Below, one piece after another: positions 40,398 through 49,827 of a stretch of 64,000 nucleotides of DNA (position 1 is its first letter; every line of letters starts with the position of its first letter). The stretch is from the NCBI GenBank assembly GCA_963772725.1, contig CAVYYI010000001.1, positions 1,088,001 to 1,152,000 of the forward strand, written 5' to 3'. A model generated the notes under the pieces. The model had not been told where the DNA came from, did no database searches, and worked only from the letters and a program-made list of their open reading frames with translations. This DNA is from an uncultured Phycisphaerales bacterium (GTDB lineage Bacteria > Planctomycetota > Phycisphaerae > Sedimentisphaerales > Anaerobacaceae). The position numbers and the translations under genes were made by a program.

Positions 40398-41816
40398 ATG
40401 AATATTGATACAATAATCAGTGCCAAAAGTAATACCTGTGTGGTGCATTATAAGAAAATTCACGCGGAGGTAAATCTCTCTGCTCTTAATAAATTATTTG
40501 CGTCTCTGCCGTCGCCTTCAATTCTGGGAGGTAATGCTGCCAAAAAGGACGCGGGCAGATTCAGTTATTGGGCGGCGGGGCCGAAAGAAGTGTTTGAATT
40601 TCAGGCAAGTCAAAAGGAACCATTTGAAAAACTGCAGCGGGTACTGGATAAGTATAAGCTTGAAAATTCATACGATACCGATTTACCTGCTGGGATTTTT
40701 TGCGGCGGATGGATAGGATATTTCGGATATGAGCTTGGCAGGTATATTGAACAGATTCCTGAGACGGCGATTGATGATTTGAAGATGCCGCTGATTCGAC
40801 TGTGCTTTTATGATAGGGTGATTTGTTATGACCATATCGAGGAATGCTTTATTTTGACAGTTTTGCAACTCTCTGATGATATTGAACAACCGACCGTAAA
40901 ATTGTCTCACTTGGAGGAATTGCTGACAAAAGCGAAGAAAATATCGCCACAACAGCCTAATCCTGTTGATATTGAGAATATCGACTTTTCGCAAATTCAA
41001 TGCAATATGAACAAGGATTATTATCTTGACGCAATCGATAAAATCAGACGATATATTTATGATGGCGAGGTTTACCAGGTTAATTTTTCGCAGCGGTTTA
41101 AATACGATTGCAAGTCTTCGCCCATCGACCTCTACAACTGGCAAAACGCTTACAATCCGAGCGGATACGCGGCGTATATCGACAGCGGCGATTTTCAAAT
41201 CGTCAGCGCTTCGCCGGAAATGTTCATCACAATTCAGGATGGTATCATTCGCACAAAACCCATCAAAGGCACAAAGCCGAGAACCGCGGACGAAAATCTG
41301 AACAAAAAATACCTCGATGAACTTACTATCAGCGAAAAAGAGCAGGCTGAATTAAATATGATTATAGACCTTGAACGCAATGACCTCGGGCGAATCTGCG
41401 AATACGGCTCAATCAAGGTCGAGCAGCCGCGAACGATAGAAACTTACTCGACGGTTTTTCATGCAGTTGCGACTGTATGCGGGCAGCTTCGCAAGGAGAT
41501 AAAATTCTGCGATATTCTGAAGGCGATGTTTCCGGGCGGTTCGATTACTGGTGCCCCTAAGGTAAGCGCGATGAAAATCATAGACGAGACTGAACCTACC
41601 GCCAGAGGCATTTATACGGGCAGTATAGGTTTTATCGGCCTTGATGGAAATGTTTGCTTGAACATCGCTATACGAACGATTATCATCAAAGCCCAAAAGG
41701 CCTTTGCCCAGACCGGAGGCGGGATTGTTGCCGACTCCCAGCCGCAGGCCGAATGGGATGAAACGATTACCAAGGCAAGAGCTTTGCTCGCGGGAATCCG
41801 CGAGCGTCGTGCGTGA
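40398..41816 (+). CDS. pabB: Aminodeoxychorismate synthase component I
   Basis: GGWIGYFGYELG, GEVYQVN, SASPEMF, PIKGT, ELNMIIDLERNDLGR and FPGGSITGAPK motifs. Confidence 0.9.
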   Translation: MNIDTIISAKSNTCVVHYKKIHAEVNLSALNKLFASLPSPSILGGNAAKKDAGRFSYWAAGPKEVFEFQASQKEPFEKLQRVLDKYKLENSYDTDLPAGIFCGGWIGYFGYELGRYIEQIPETAIDDLKMPLIRLCFYDRVICYDHIEECFILTVLQLSDDIEQPTVKLSHLEELLTKAKKISPQQPNPVDIENIDFSQIQCNMNKDYYLDAIDKIRRYIYDGEVYQVNFSQRFKYDCKSSPIDLYNWQNAYNPSGYAAYIDSGDFQIVSASPEMFITIQDGIIRTKPIKGTKPRTADENLNKKYLDELTISEKEQAELNMIIDLERNDLGRICEYGSIKVEQPRTIETYSTVFHAVATVCGQLRKEIKFCDILKAMFPGGSITGAPKVSAMKIIDETEPTARGIYTGSIGFIGLDGNVCLNIAIRTIIIKAQKAFAQTGGGIVADSQPQAEWDETITKARALLAGIRERRA

Positions 41817-41831
41817 TGCGTAACGCGTATG
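41804..41831. repeat. 7-bp tandem array, left arm of the four-helix-bundle cassette
   Basis: GCGTCGT-GCGTGAT-GCGTAAC-GCGTATG; contains the pabB TGA stop. Confidence 0.8.
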
Positions 41832-41859
41832 AGAAAAGTTTTTGGTTAGGAGAATTGTT

Positions 41860-42219
41860 ATGGAGAACAAGATAAAAACGTACAGAGATTTGGATATTTG
41901 GAAAACATCTATGGAATTGGTGAAAAATATCTATCATATTACAGATAAATTTCCTCACCAGGAGATGTACGGCTTAGTTAGCCAAATGAGGCGAGCCGCT
42001 GTATCTATTCCATCAAATGTTGCAGAGGGATTCAGAAGGTATCATAATAAAGAGTATCGTCAATTTCTTTATATATCTCTTGGAAGTTGCGCCGAACTTG
42101 AAACACAGGTTACTATAGCTCGAGAGTTAGGCTATTTAATTGCAGACGGTGAAACACAATTACTTGAAAAGCTTGACCACATTTGCCGAATGATCTCAAA
42201 CCTGATAAAGAAACTTTGA
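41860..42219 (+). CDS. Four-helix-bundle protein (23S rRNA IVS protein / bAvd-like family)
   Basis: YRDLDIWK...FPHQEMYGLVSQMRRAAVSIPSNVAEG...GSCAELETQ. Confidence 0.92.
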   Translation: MENKIKTYRDLDIWKTSMELVKNIYHITDKFPHQEMYGLVSQMRRAAVSIPSNVAEGFRRYHNKEYRQFLYISLGSCAELETQVTIARELGYLIADGETQLLEKLDHICRMISNLIKKL

Positions 42220-42249
42220 CGCAATACGCACGACGCTATACGCAATACT
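42219..42249. repeat. 7-bp tandem array, right (inverted) arm of the four-helix-bundle cassette
   Basis: ACGCAAT-ACGCACG-ACGCTAT-ACGCAAT, complementary to 41804-41831. Confidence 0.8.
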
Positions 42250-42253
42250 AATT

Positions 42254-43111
42254 ATGGAAAAAGTTTTTCTAAATAATGGGTTGGTAGAAACTGATAAAGC
42301 CTGCATAACCGCAGGGGACAGCGGGTTTTTGTACGGGGCGGGACTATTCGAAACGATGCGGAGTTATAACGGGGTTGTTTTTGCCCTCGATGAGCATATA
42401 GACAGGTTATTCTCAAGCGCTAAAGCTTTGGCGATTAATAATACATACGCTAAAAATTTTATTCACGACGCCGTCTATGAGACTCTAAAGGCAAACGAAC
42501 TCAAAGACGCACGCATTCGGCTAACATTGAGCAGCGGCCCAATGTCGGTGGATGAGCAACCAAAATCAACTCTGCTGATAACCGCGACGGTGATTCAGCC
42601 TTACCCGCAGGAATATTACCAAAACGGCGTTCTGGTCATCCTGTGCGATTTCAGGCAGAACCCTTCCGACCCGACCTGCGGACATAAAACGCTGAATTAT
42701 TTGCCGCGAATAATCGCCCTGAATGTCGCACGACAAAAACGAGCAGTTGAGGCGTTATGGTTCACGGTTGACGGCAGGCTTGCGGAAGGATGTATCAGCA
42801 ACGTTTTTCTGGTGAAAAATTCGGTGGTTTATACGCCGACACTCGCCACGCCTGTGCTGCCGGGAATCGCCAGAAAAATTGTTTTAGAGATTGCCTCAAA
42901 AAATTCAATCGAGTTAGCCGAAAAAGATTTAAGTATAGATGAATGTCTTGCCGCGGATGAGATTTTTCTGACTAATTCCATAATGCAGATTATGCCTGTC
43001 TGCCGTGTGGAAAAACATGACGTCGGTCAGGGTAAACCCGGGCCGATGACACAGCGACTAATAAAATATTTCGATGAGATTATTCTTGAAAAATGCGGGG
43101 TGAAAAAATGA
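42254..43111 (+). CDS. Class IV PLP enzyme (aminodeoxychorismate lyase PabC / IlvE-like)
   Basis: GFLYGAGLFETMR, HKTLNY, EGCISNVF, LPGIAR and ADEIFLTNS motifs; next to pabB. Confidence 0.88.
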   Translation: MEKVFLNNGLVETDKACITAGDSGFLYGAGLFETMRSYNGVVFALDEHIDRLFSSAKALAINNTYAKNFIHDAVYETLKANELKDARIRLTLSSGPMSVDEQPKSTLLITATVIQPYPQEYYQNGVLVILCDFRQNPSDPTCGHKTLNYLPRIIALNVARQKRAVEALWFTVDGRLAEGCISNVFLVKNSVVYTPTLATPVLPGIARKIVLEIASKNSIELAEKDLSIDECLAADEIFLTNSIMQIMPVCRVEKHDVGQGKPGPMTQRLIKYFDEIILEKCGVKK

Positions 43112-44220
43112 AGATAAAAGATATTGCTGCGGCGGTAGAAAAAATATCGCCTCTGTCGCTGGCACAGGGCTGGGACAACGTCGGCCTGCTTATCGGGGAC
43201 GTGAAAAAAAATGTAAAGAATATTCTGCTTACCATCGACATAACGCAGGATGTTTTAGCTGAGGCAAAAAGGGCAAAAACGGATTTGATTCTGAGCTATC
43301 ATCCTATTATATGGGACGGCCTGAAAAAAATCACTTCCCATGGTGCGACAGGCGTGGTCTATGATTTAATACGCAGCGATATAGCGGTTTTTTCGATTCA
43401 TACGGCACTTGATTCAGCGATGGGCGGAGTAAATGACGGCCTCGCAAACATCGTCGGCATTATTAAAGGCGAGCCCATTGGAGATTATGTCAACAATCCT
43501 GTGAACGATAATTATAAGCTTGTTGTTTTTGTGCCTATTTCCGCAGTAGCTAAAGTTTCAAACGCCGTTTTCACCGCGGGGGCTGGGGCAATAGGAAATT
43601 ACAGCAACTGCGGATTTCAAGTTCAGGGGACAGGAACATTTCTGCCAGGACAAGGCGCAAAGCCGGCTATTGGAAAACGAGGGAAACTCGAAAAAGTTCC
43701 AGAAGTCAGATTTGAGACGATAGTACCGTCAGGGAAACTCAATGCGGTCGTTGAGGCGATGAAAAGTACGCATCCTTATGAAGAGCCGGCTTTTGACTGC
43801 ATTAAATTATATAACAATCAGAATAAATTCGGCCTGGGCAGAATAGGGGCATTGGAAAAGCCGGCGCCGTTAGGCAGAATAATTGAGCGAATCAAAAAAT
43901 ATACAGGCGCAAAAACATTCGGAATAATCGGCGATGAAAAACGGCAGGTAAAAACCGCCGCTGTTTGCGCCGGCGCCTGCGGGAATATTATCAATATGGT
44001 TATCGCCGCCAAGGCCGATTTATACCTGACCGGCGAACTGAAGCATCACCAGGCGCTTGCCGCACAGGAGGCGGGACTTACCTGTATATGCCTGAGTCAT
44101 ACCGTTTCCGAGAGATTCATATTAAAAAAATTCGCTGGACAGTTGCAAAAACTCGCAAAAGAGGCGACAATCAGGATAAGTAAAAAGGACGCAGACCCAT
44201 TTAAGTGGAAAAAAATATGA
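43108..44220 (+). CDS. Nif3/DUF34 dinuclear metal-centre protein (long form with PII-like insert)
   Basis: WDNVGL, YHP, HTALD, GAGAIGNY, HPYEEPAFD, TGELKHH and HTVSE motifs. Confidence 0.92.
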   Translation: MKIKDIAAAVEKISPLSLAQGWDNVGLLIGDVKKNVKNILLTIDITQDVLAEAKRAKTDLILSYHPIIWDGLKKITSHGATGVVYDLIRSDIAVFSIHTALDSAMGGVNDGLANIVGIIKGEPIGDYVNNPVNDNYKLVVFVPISAVAKVSNAVFTAGAGAIGNYSNCGFQVQGTGTFLPGQGAKPAIGKRGKLEKVPEVRFETIVPSGKLNAVVEAMKSTHPYEEPAFDCIKLYNNQNKFGLGRIGALEKPAPLGRIIERIKKYTGAKTFGIIGDEKRQVKTAAVCAGACGNIINMVIAAKADLYLTGELKHHQALAAQEAGLTCICLSHTVSERFILKKFAGQLQKLAKEATIRISKKDADPFKWKKI

Positions 44221-45036
44221 TAGAAGATTACAAAGATTTAGCAAAGACCTCCGAATCACAGGATGATGTAACGGAACAGGCGGAAGAAAAAATTGAACAG
44301 GCTCAGGACTCCCCTGCCAATGAGTTAGATGAATCGGCTTTACAGAATGATGCTGATGAGCCGCTCGACAGGCTTGAGCATGAACAATCTGAAACCGCGG
44401 AACCATCGCAGCAAAATGAGCAGGCTGTCCCGGAGCAGAACGTTGATGTTACGGTTGAATCGGTGATTGAGGCAGTTTTGTTTGCCAGCGATGAGCCGCT
44501 TACCGCCGCCAGGCTTGCCAATATCGTTGACAGCGACGCGAGGCACGTTCGCCAGCACATCGATACCCTCAACGAAAAATATACCGCCAACAATAACGCT
44601 TTTCGCATTGAGCAGATTGCCGGCGGTTACCAGATGCTTACCCTAAGCCCGTACAATAACTGGCTGAAAAAGCTGCTCCGTGAGCGTGACGAAAGCAAGC
44701 TCAGCGCCGCCGCACTTGAGACACTCGCCATAATCGCGTACAAGACCAGTCATACGCGCTGATATCGAGGCAATAAGAGGTGTTGCCAGCGGTGAGGTTA
44801 TCCGCAGTCTGATGTATAAGGGACTTGTAAAGATTGTTGGAAGAGCGGAAGTACTCGGCAGACCTATGTTGTACGGAACAACCAAAAAGTTTCTTGAAAC
44901 TTTCGGCTTGAACACTTTGAAAGACCTGCCCAAAGTCGAGGAACTTAAAAAGGCAGCCCCGCAAGAAACGGAAAATCCGCCCGCAGAGCAAACCCCTACA
45001 CCTGCACCGGAGGATTCTCAAATCGCTGACTCTTAG
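44217..45036 (+). CDS. scpB: SMC-Scp complex subunit ScpB, frameshifted near 44744
   Basis: IEAVLFAS, LSAAALETLAIIAYK | PVIRADIEAIRGV, GRPMLYGTTKKFLETFGL; the expected Q of AYKQP is reduced to one base. Confidence 0.88.
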
Positions 45037-45673
45037 GTTTCATTTTATTAAAACGCTGCTTGAATAAAAAGAATATTCCAGGCCCGAACGCCAGTGCCAT
45101 AATCACCGCCCCTGTTGTTATGCCGATAAACGTAACTCCCGGCGAGCAGCAGTCGTCCCTGCGTCTGACAATAATATGACTCGGCACAGCGACGAGCAAT
45201 TCAAGGATGCTGCCGCGAATCAGCCATGCCATAAAACGCCCGCCAACATCAACTGAAGTATTTTTACGTATATAATGGAATAATATTATCGACCAGATAA
45301 TCCAGCAGCACAGTAAAAAGATGATTGGTATTAACATGGTAAAATTGATGCCGTCATCTCCAAAAATCGCTACTATTACCGACCAGATTATTCCGAGAGC
45401 AATAACCGCGAAAAGCAAGGCCGTTGTAATAATGGGAATCCAGATTTTCCGCTGAGGTTTCAACTCATCGGTGTCGGCCTTAACCGGAAACAGCAGCAGA
45501 GACGCCTGTATTAAAAGCACAATAAAAACAAACAGCCAGAATTGCCAAAACTGATATGTCATAAAAGAAGCTGAAATGGAAACATCAAACGCCGCTATCT
45601 CAAGCAAAGGGACAAAAATCACCGCAACAAGAAAGATATAAAGCAGTGTCGTTACCAATGCCCATTTAGCCAT
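44996..45673 (-). CDS. Hypothetical multi-pass membrane protein
   Basis: About 6 hydrophobic segments, with a GSILELLVAVPSHIIVRRRDDCC motif. Confidence 0.8.
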   Translation of the reverse strand: MAKWALVTTLLYIFLVAVIFVPLLEIAAFDVSISASFMTYQFWQFWLFVFIVLLIQASLLLFPVKADTDELKPQRKIWIPIITTALLFAVIALGIIWSVIVAIFGDDGINFTMLIPIIFLLCCWIIWSIILFHYIRKNTSVDVGGRFMAWLIRGSILELLVAVPSHIIVRRRDDCCSPGVTFIGITTGAVIMALAFGPGIFFLFKQRFNKMKPKSQRFENPPVQV

Positions 45674-45736
45674 TTTAAGAATCCTTTCATTTTTATATGT
45701 TCAAGTTAAAAAATTGAACCAATTTTCCACTCTTTA

Positions 45737-45970
45737 TTAACGGCGAAAATGACTGATAAGCCACAAAATCAGGGTAAGAATTATCGAGATGAGGATTGAA
45801 CTGCCCAGCGGAAAATATACTCGCCAATTTTTTGAGCCAAATTCCATATCGCCCGGCAACTTGAACAGTCCGATTTTACCGAGCAGCATAATCAAAACGC
45901 CAAAAATAATTATCATTACGCCAAGCGTAATCAGCCATTTACCAAGTTGCTGAGGCCCAAACTCAGGCAT
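45737..45970 (-). CDS. DUF2905-like small membrane protein
   Basis: GKWLI.LG...LPGD...VYFPLGSSILISIILT. Confidence 0.8.
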   Translation of the reverse strand: MPEFGPQQLGKWLITLGVMIIIFGVLIMLLGKIGLFKLPGDMEFGSKNWRVYFPLGSSILISIILTLILWLISHFRR

Positions 45971-46171
45971 ACTATCAAACCCTTCATTAACGCGAAAATC
46001 TATCACAAATCAGCTACATCATACCGAAATATCTGAACCGTTCAACCGCAAACCAGCATTTTACCGTTTTTCAATACCCGCGGCAAAATTCTCTAAAAAA
46101 ACTTGACCGCCTGCGGATTCGATGGCTATTATAAGGGAAAAATACAATAGATTTTTTTAAAGGGGGTTAAT

Positions 46172-46885
46172 ATGAATATGAACAGAAGAAAACTGCTCGT
46201 CGGCATCGGAACAGCAGGTACAGGGCTGATTCTAAGCGGCTGTTCCAATATAAACAAAACATTTACTTCAAAAGAACAAAATGCAAAAGAAGGTGAAGTT
46301 ACAGCTGTTGAAGACCTGATGCGTGAACATGGAATTTTGCGACGGATACTCTTTGTATATAGTGAAACCGCCAGCAAAATGCACAGTACGCCATCGAATC
46401 ATATTATTGATTCTCTTCACAAGGCAGCCAGACTCTTTCAGATATTTGGCGAAGATTATCATGAAAAAGCATTGGAAGAAGCATATATTTTCCCAGCGGT
46501 CAAAAAGGCTGGCGGCCATGCGGCAGGTTATCCTGATATTCTTGTCGCTCAGCATAGTCGCGGACGTGAAATAACAAACTATATTCTCACCGTAACCGAG
46601 ACAGGCGAATCCTATAATAGCGAGAAATTAGCCTCCGCGATGGAGTCTTTTGTGCGGATGTATCGGCCGCACGCAGCAAGAGAAGATACGGTTGTTTTCC
46701 CGGCGTGGAAAAGCACTTTCACAGCCGAGCAACTCGATAAAATGGGCGAAAAGTTCGAGGCAATAGAACATCAGCAATTCGGTGAGGATGGTTTTGAAAA
46801 CGCGGTAAGGCAAATTGAGGCCATTGAAAATGAGCTTGGCCTGGCCGACCTGTCGCAGTTCACCGCTCCGCCGGCAAAAACGTAA
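46172..46885 (+). CDS. Hemerythrin-like domain lipoprotein with twin-arginine signal
   Basis: NRRKLL...LSGC; LMREHG, YHEKALEE..IFP, AQH and HAAREDTVVFP motifs. Confidence 0.85.
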   Translation: MNMNRRKLLVGIGTAGTGLILSGCSNINKTFTSKEQNAKEGEVTAVEDLMREHGILRRILFVYSETASKMHSTPSNHIIDSLHKAARLFQIFGEDYHEKALEEAYIFPAVKKAGGHAAGYPDILVAQHSRGREITNYILTVTETGESYNSEKLASAMESFVRMYRPHAAREDTVVFPAWKSTFTAEQLDKMGEKFEAIEHQQFGEDGFENAVRQIEAIENELGLADLSQFTAPPAKT

Positions 46886-46955
46886 TAAACCATTTGTGTG
46901 AACATGGGGCGTTTTTTCTTTACAAAGGACTGCGCCGCGGTTACAATTTATTCTG

Positions 46956-46984
46956 TTGACTGCGATAAGACCAGTGAGTACAAA
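46956..46984 (+). promoter_or_regulatory. Sigma70-type promoter of the oxidoreductase operon
   Basis: TTGACT-N17-TACAAA just upstream of ATG 46993. Confidence 0.45.
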
Positions 46985-46992
46985 TACTAAAA

Positions 46993-47262
46993 ATGGCATG
47001 TAAAGTAATAATTAACGCTGAACGATGTAAAGGCTGCGGCTTATGTATCACAGTCTGCCCGAAAAAATGCATCGTTGTGTCGAAAAAAACAAATAAAAAC
47101 GGCTATTTCCCCGCCGAGGCAATCGGTTCGGATTGCATCGGGTGCACAGCATGCGCATTAATCTGTTCAGAGGCTATTATCGAGGTTTACCGCGACAGCG
47201 ATATAGCGGCAGTCAAATCTGCTAAAAATAATAAGGCGGTTTTAACAAAGGAAAAGTCGTGA
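46993..47262 (+). CDS. 2x[4Fe-4S] ferredoxin-like delta subunit of 2-oxoacid:ferredoxin oxidoreductase
   Basis: CKGCGLCITVCP and CIGCTACALIC. Confidence 0.92.
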   Translation: MACKVIINAERCKGCGLCITVCPKKCIVVSKKTNKNGYFPAEAIGSDCIGCTACALICSEAIIEVYRDSDIAAVKSAKNNKAVLTKEKS

Positions 47263-48308
47263 GTGAAAGGATTCTAATGAGCGGCAATGAGGCCCTTGCA
47301 GAAGCGGCCATCGTCGCCGGTCTCAACGCATATTTCGGTTACCCAATTACACCACAAAACGAAATCACCGCCTATATGTCCAGGCGTATGGCAGAAGAAG
47401 GCAGGGTTTTCATACAGAGCGAAAGCGAACTTGCCGCGATAAATATGGTCTTCGGCGCCGCCGCAACGGGCAAACGCGCGATGACCAGTTCATCCAGCCC
47501 CGGTATCAGTCTTATGCAGGAAGGCCTCAGCTATCTTGCCGGCGCGGAACTGCCGTCCGTCGTTGTTAATGTTATGCGAGGCGGCCCGGGGTTAGGAAAC
47601 ATCGCCCCCTCACAGGGCGACTATTTTCAGGCCACACGTTCAGGCGGACACGGCGATTATCACACGATTACACTTGCCCCCGGCAGCGTTCAGGAAATGG
47701 TTGACCTTGTGCCGCTTGCCTTTGATCTGGCTGATGAATATCGAATGACGGTTCTGATACTGGCCGATGGAATTCTCGGCCAGATGATGGAGCCAGTTGT
47801 TATCGAAAAAAAAACAAGGCGTAAACTTCCGGCCAAAGACTGGGCGTTAACAGGCGCCTCCGGCAGGGCGCAAAATATAGTCCGTTCAATGTGGCTTGAT
47901 GACGGCGCGCTTGAAAATCTTAACTATAAGCTGCAGGCCAAATACAAACAGATTCGAGAAAAAGAAATACTCTGCGAACAATATAAGGTTGATGACGCCG
48001 ATATTGTGGTAGTTGCGTTCGGCATAGTAGCAAGAATCGCCCGCTCAGCCATAGATAGGGCAAGAAAACAGGGTATTAATGTCGGGATGATAAGACCGAT
48101 TACCCTCTGGCCTTTCCCCGCCGAACAAATCAGCAGGGCCGCCGAAGAGATGCGGATATTCCTGACAATTGAAATGAATTGCGGCCAGATGCTTGAAGAC
48201 GTTAAACTCGCAGTCTGCGGCAAATCGCCTGTGGTATTTCACGGCAGACCAGGCGGAGCGGTGCCAAGCATAGATGAAATCTTTGAACAAATACGGCAAT
48301 TGACTTGA
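47259..48308 (+). CDS. vorB: 2-oxoacid:ferredoxin oxidoreductase alpha subunit (VorB-like)
   Basis: GNEA, GYPITP, QSESELAA, TSSSSPG and RGGPGLG motifs. Confidence 0.88.
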   Translation: MSERILMSGNEALAEAAIVAGLNAYFGYPITPQNEITAYMSRRMAEEGRVFIQSESELAAINMVFGAAATGKRAMTSSSSPGISLMQEGLSYLAGAELPSVVVNVMRGGPGLGNIAPSQGDYFQATRSGGHGDYHTITLAPGSVQEMVDLVPLAFDLADEYRMTVLILADGILGQMMEPVVIEKKTRRKLPAKDWALTGASGRAQNIVRSMWLDDGALENLNYKLQAKYKQIREKEILCEQYKVDDADIVVVAFGIVARIARSAIDRARKQGINVGMIRPITLWPFPAEQISRAAEEMRIFLTIEMNCGQMLEDVKLAVCGKSPVVFHGRPGGAVPSIDEIFEQIRQLT

Positions 48309-48366
48309 TTAGCCCCTGATTCACACGGAATTTTTTAGACACGGATTAACACAGATTAACACGGTT
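48309..48366. repeat. 10-bp tandem array, left arm of the GxxExxY cassette
   Basis: TTTTTAGA-CACGGATTAA-CACAGATTAA-CACGG. Confidence 0.85.
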
Positions 48367-48383
48367 AAATAAAAAGATTAGAT

Positions 48384-48776
48384 ATGGAAGTATTAAAACA
48401 TAAAGAGTTATCTGAAAAAATTATTTCTGCGGCGTATGCGGTGCATAAATCTCTTGGATATGGTTTCGTTGAAAAGGTGTACGGTAATGCAATGGAGATT
48501 GAATTGCGTGAAAATGGCATAAAATGTAATGTTGAAGTTCCGCTCAAAGTGCTTTACCATAAGCAGGTGGTCGGTGATTACTTTGCGGATATGATTGTTG
48601 ACGATAAAATCATTGTTGAGATAAAAGCCGTAAACGAACTTTTGCCTATCCACGAGGTGCAATTGGTAAACTATCTGAAAGCAACCGGAATAAATGTTGG
48701 TTTACTGATAAATTTTGGTCAATCCGTCAAAATAAAACGCAGAATCTTTGGTTATGACACAGGAGAAAAAGACTAA
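48384..48776 (+). CDS. GxxExxY protein (PD-(D/E)xK nuclease-like)
   Basis: VHKSLGYGFVEKVY, ADMIVDDKIIVEIKA and QLVNYLKATG...GLLINFG motifs. Confidence 0.92.
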   Translation: MEVLKHKELSEKIISAAYAVHKSLGYGFVEKVYGNAMEIELRENGIKCNVEVPLKVLYHKQVVGDYFADMIVDDKIIVEIKAVNELLPIHEVQLVNYLKATGINVGLLINFGQSVKIKRRIFGYDTGEKD

Positions 48777-48777
48777 A

Positions 48778-49818
48778 ATGGCTATAAGCGTGTCCTTTAA
48801 CGATGAAAATTTTGAACAGGTAATCTACAACAAAGAGGATGCCTTTGAACAACTGGTGGCTAAAAATGCTCAGACAATTTTCGGTGATAAAGTAATATAC
48901 ATCGACACAAAGAAAAAAGTAAACACTTCATCTTTAGGTGGAACGATACCTGATGGATTCCTGATAGACCTTTCAGATCCTGACGACCCCCAGTTTCACC
49001 TTGTCGAGGTCGAGCTTCAAAGTCACGATTTCTTCAAGCATATTTTCCCGCAGATTACAAAATTCTTCGCCTTCTATAGAGATTCAAAACAGCGACACAA
49101 GATGACAGAAACCATATTTGCGATTATCCAGAATGATACAGAGATTCTGTCAAAAATCAGAAATTTAATCAGCCATAAGGAAATTTACAAATTGCTAAAA
49201 GACATAATCGACAATAGCCAAAACATTCTAATCCTTATTGATGGCTCAAAACCGGAGTTTGAAGAAATAATAGACATCTATACCGATACTTGGGGGAGGA
49301 TGGTTAAAGTCCAAATAGTAAACCACTTCAAGAATGGCGAGAATAATATTTTGACTGTTGAGCCTCCGTTTGCAAACCTTCAGCTTGGAGACGCTATTCC
49401 CCCGTCTCTTAAAAAAGAAGATGAAAAGCACTCACAATACACCGAGGAATTTCATCTGGGATATTGCAAGGAAAACGCAAAAAATGTTTATAGCAAGATT
49501 AAGCAAGGTTTTTTAAAAATTAAAAGCGAGATTAAATTCAATCCCACCAAATCTTATATTGGTGTTTATATCGGCAAGCAATTTGCTTATATTCAGTGCT
49601 ATAAAAAGAAAATAAAACTAATTGTTTTCCTACTCGAAAGTGAAGTCAGAAAAATAATACATTCACAAAATCACATTATAAAAAGTCATAGCGATTCTGC
49701 GCAAAGATTTTGGGGTGGAGGTAATAATCCTAATTGTTCTGTCGAAATATACGATACCGAGCATTTTGAAGAAATAGAAACTTTATTACAAAAGGTGGTT
49801 GAGAATAATGAAGAATAG
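48778..49818 (+). CDS. Putative PD-(D/E)xK-type nuclease with DUF5655-like C-terminal domain
   Basis: IPDGFLID...LVEVEL....HIFPQI; C-terminal YTEEFHL...PTKSYIG; low GC. Confidence 0.6.
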   Translation: MAISVSFNDENFEQVIYNKEDAFEQLVAKNAQTIFGDKVIYIDTKKKVNTSSLGGTIPDGFLIDLSDPDDPQFHLVEVELQSHDFFKHIFPQITKFFAFYRDSKQRHKMTETIFAIIQNDTEILSKIRNLISHKEIYKLLKDIIDNSQNILILIDGSKPEFEEIIDIYTDTWGRMVKVQIVNHFKNGENNILTVEPPFANLQLGDAIPPSLKKEDEKHSQYTEEFHLGYCKENAKNVYSKIKQGFLKIKSEIKFNPTKSYIGVYIGKQFAYIQCYKKKIKLIVFLLESEVRKIIHSQNHIIKSHSDSAQRFWGGGNNPNCSVEIYDTEHFEEIETLLQKVVENNEE

Positions 49819-49827
49819 TGATATACA

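Noticed and set aside
41860..42219. Diversity-generating retroelement suggested by the Avd-like protein
   Set aside because: No reverse transcriptase and no template/variable repeat pair differing at adenines was seen
11395..44744. Programmed ribosomal frameshifting in the TPR, FN3 and scpB genes
   Set aside because: No canonical slippery heptamer with a stimulatory element was seen, and scpB lacks bases of a conserved codon; indel error or mutation is simpler
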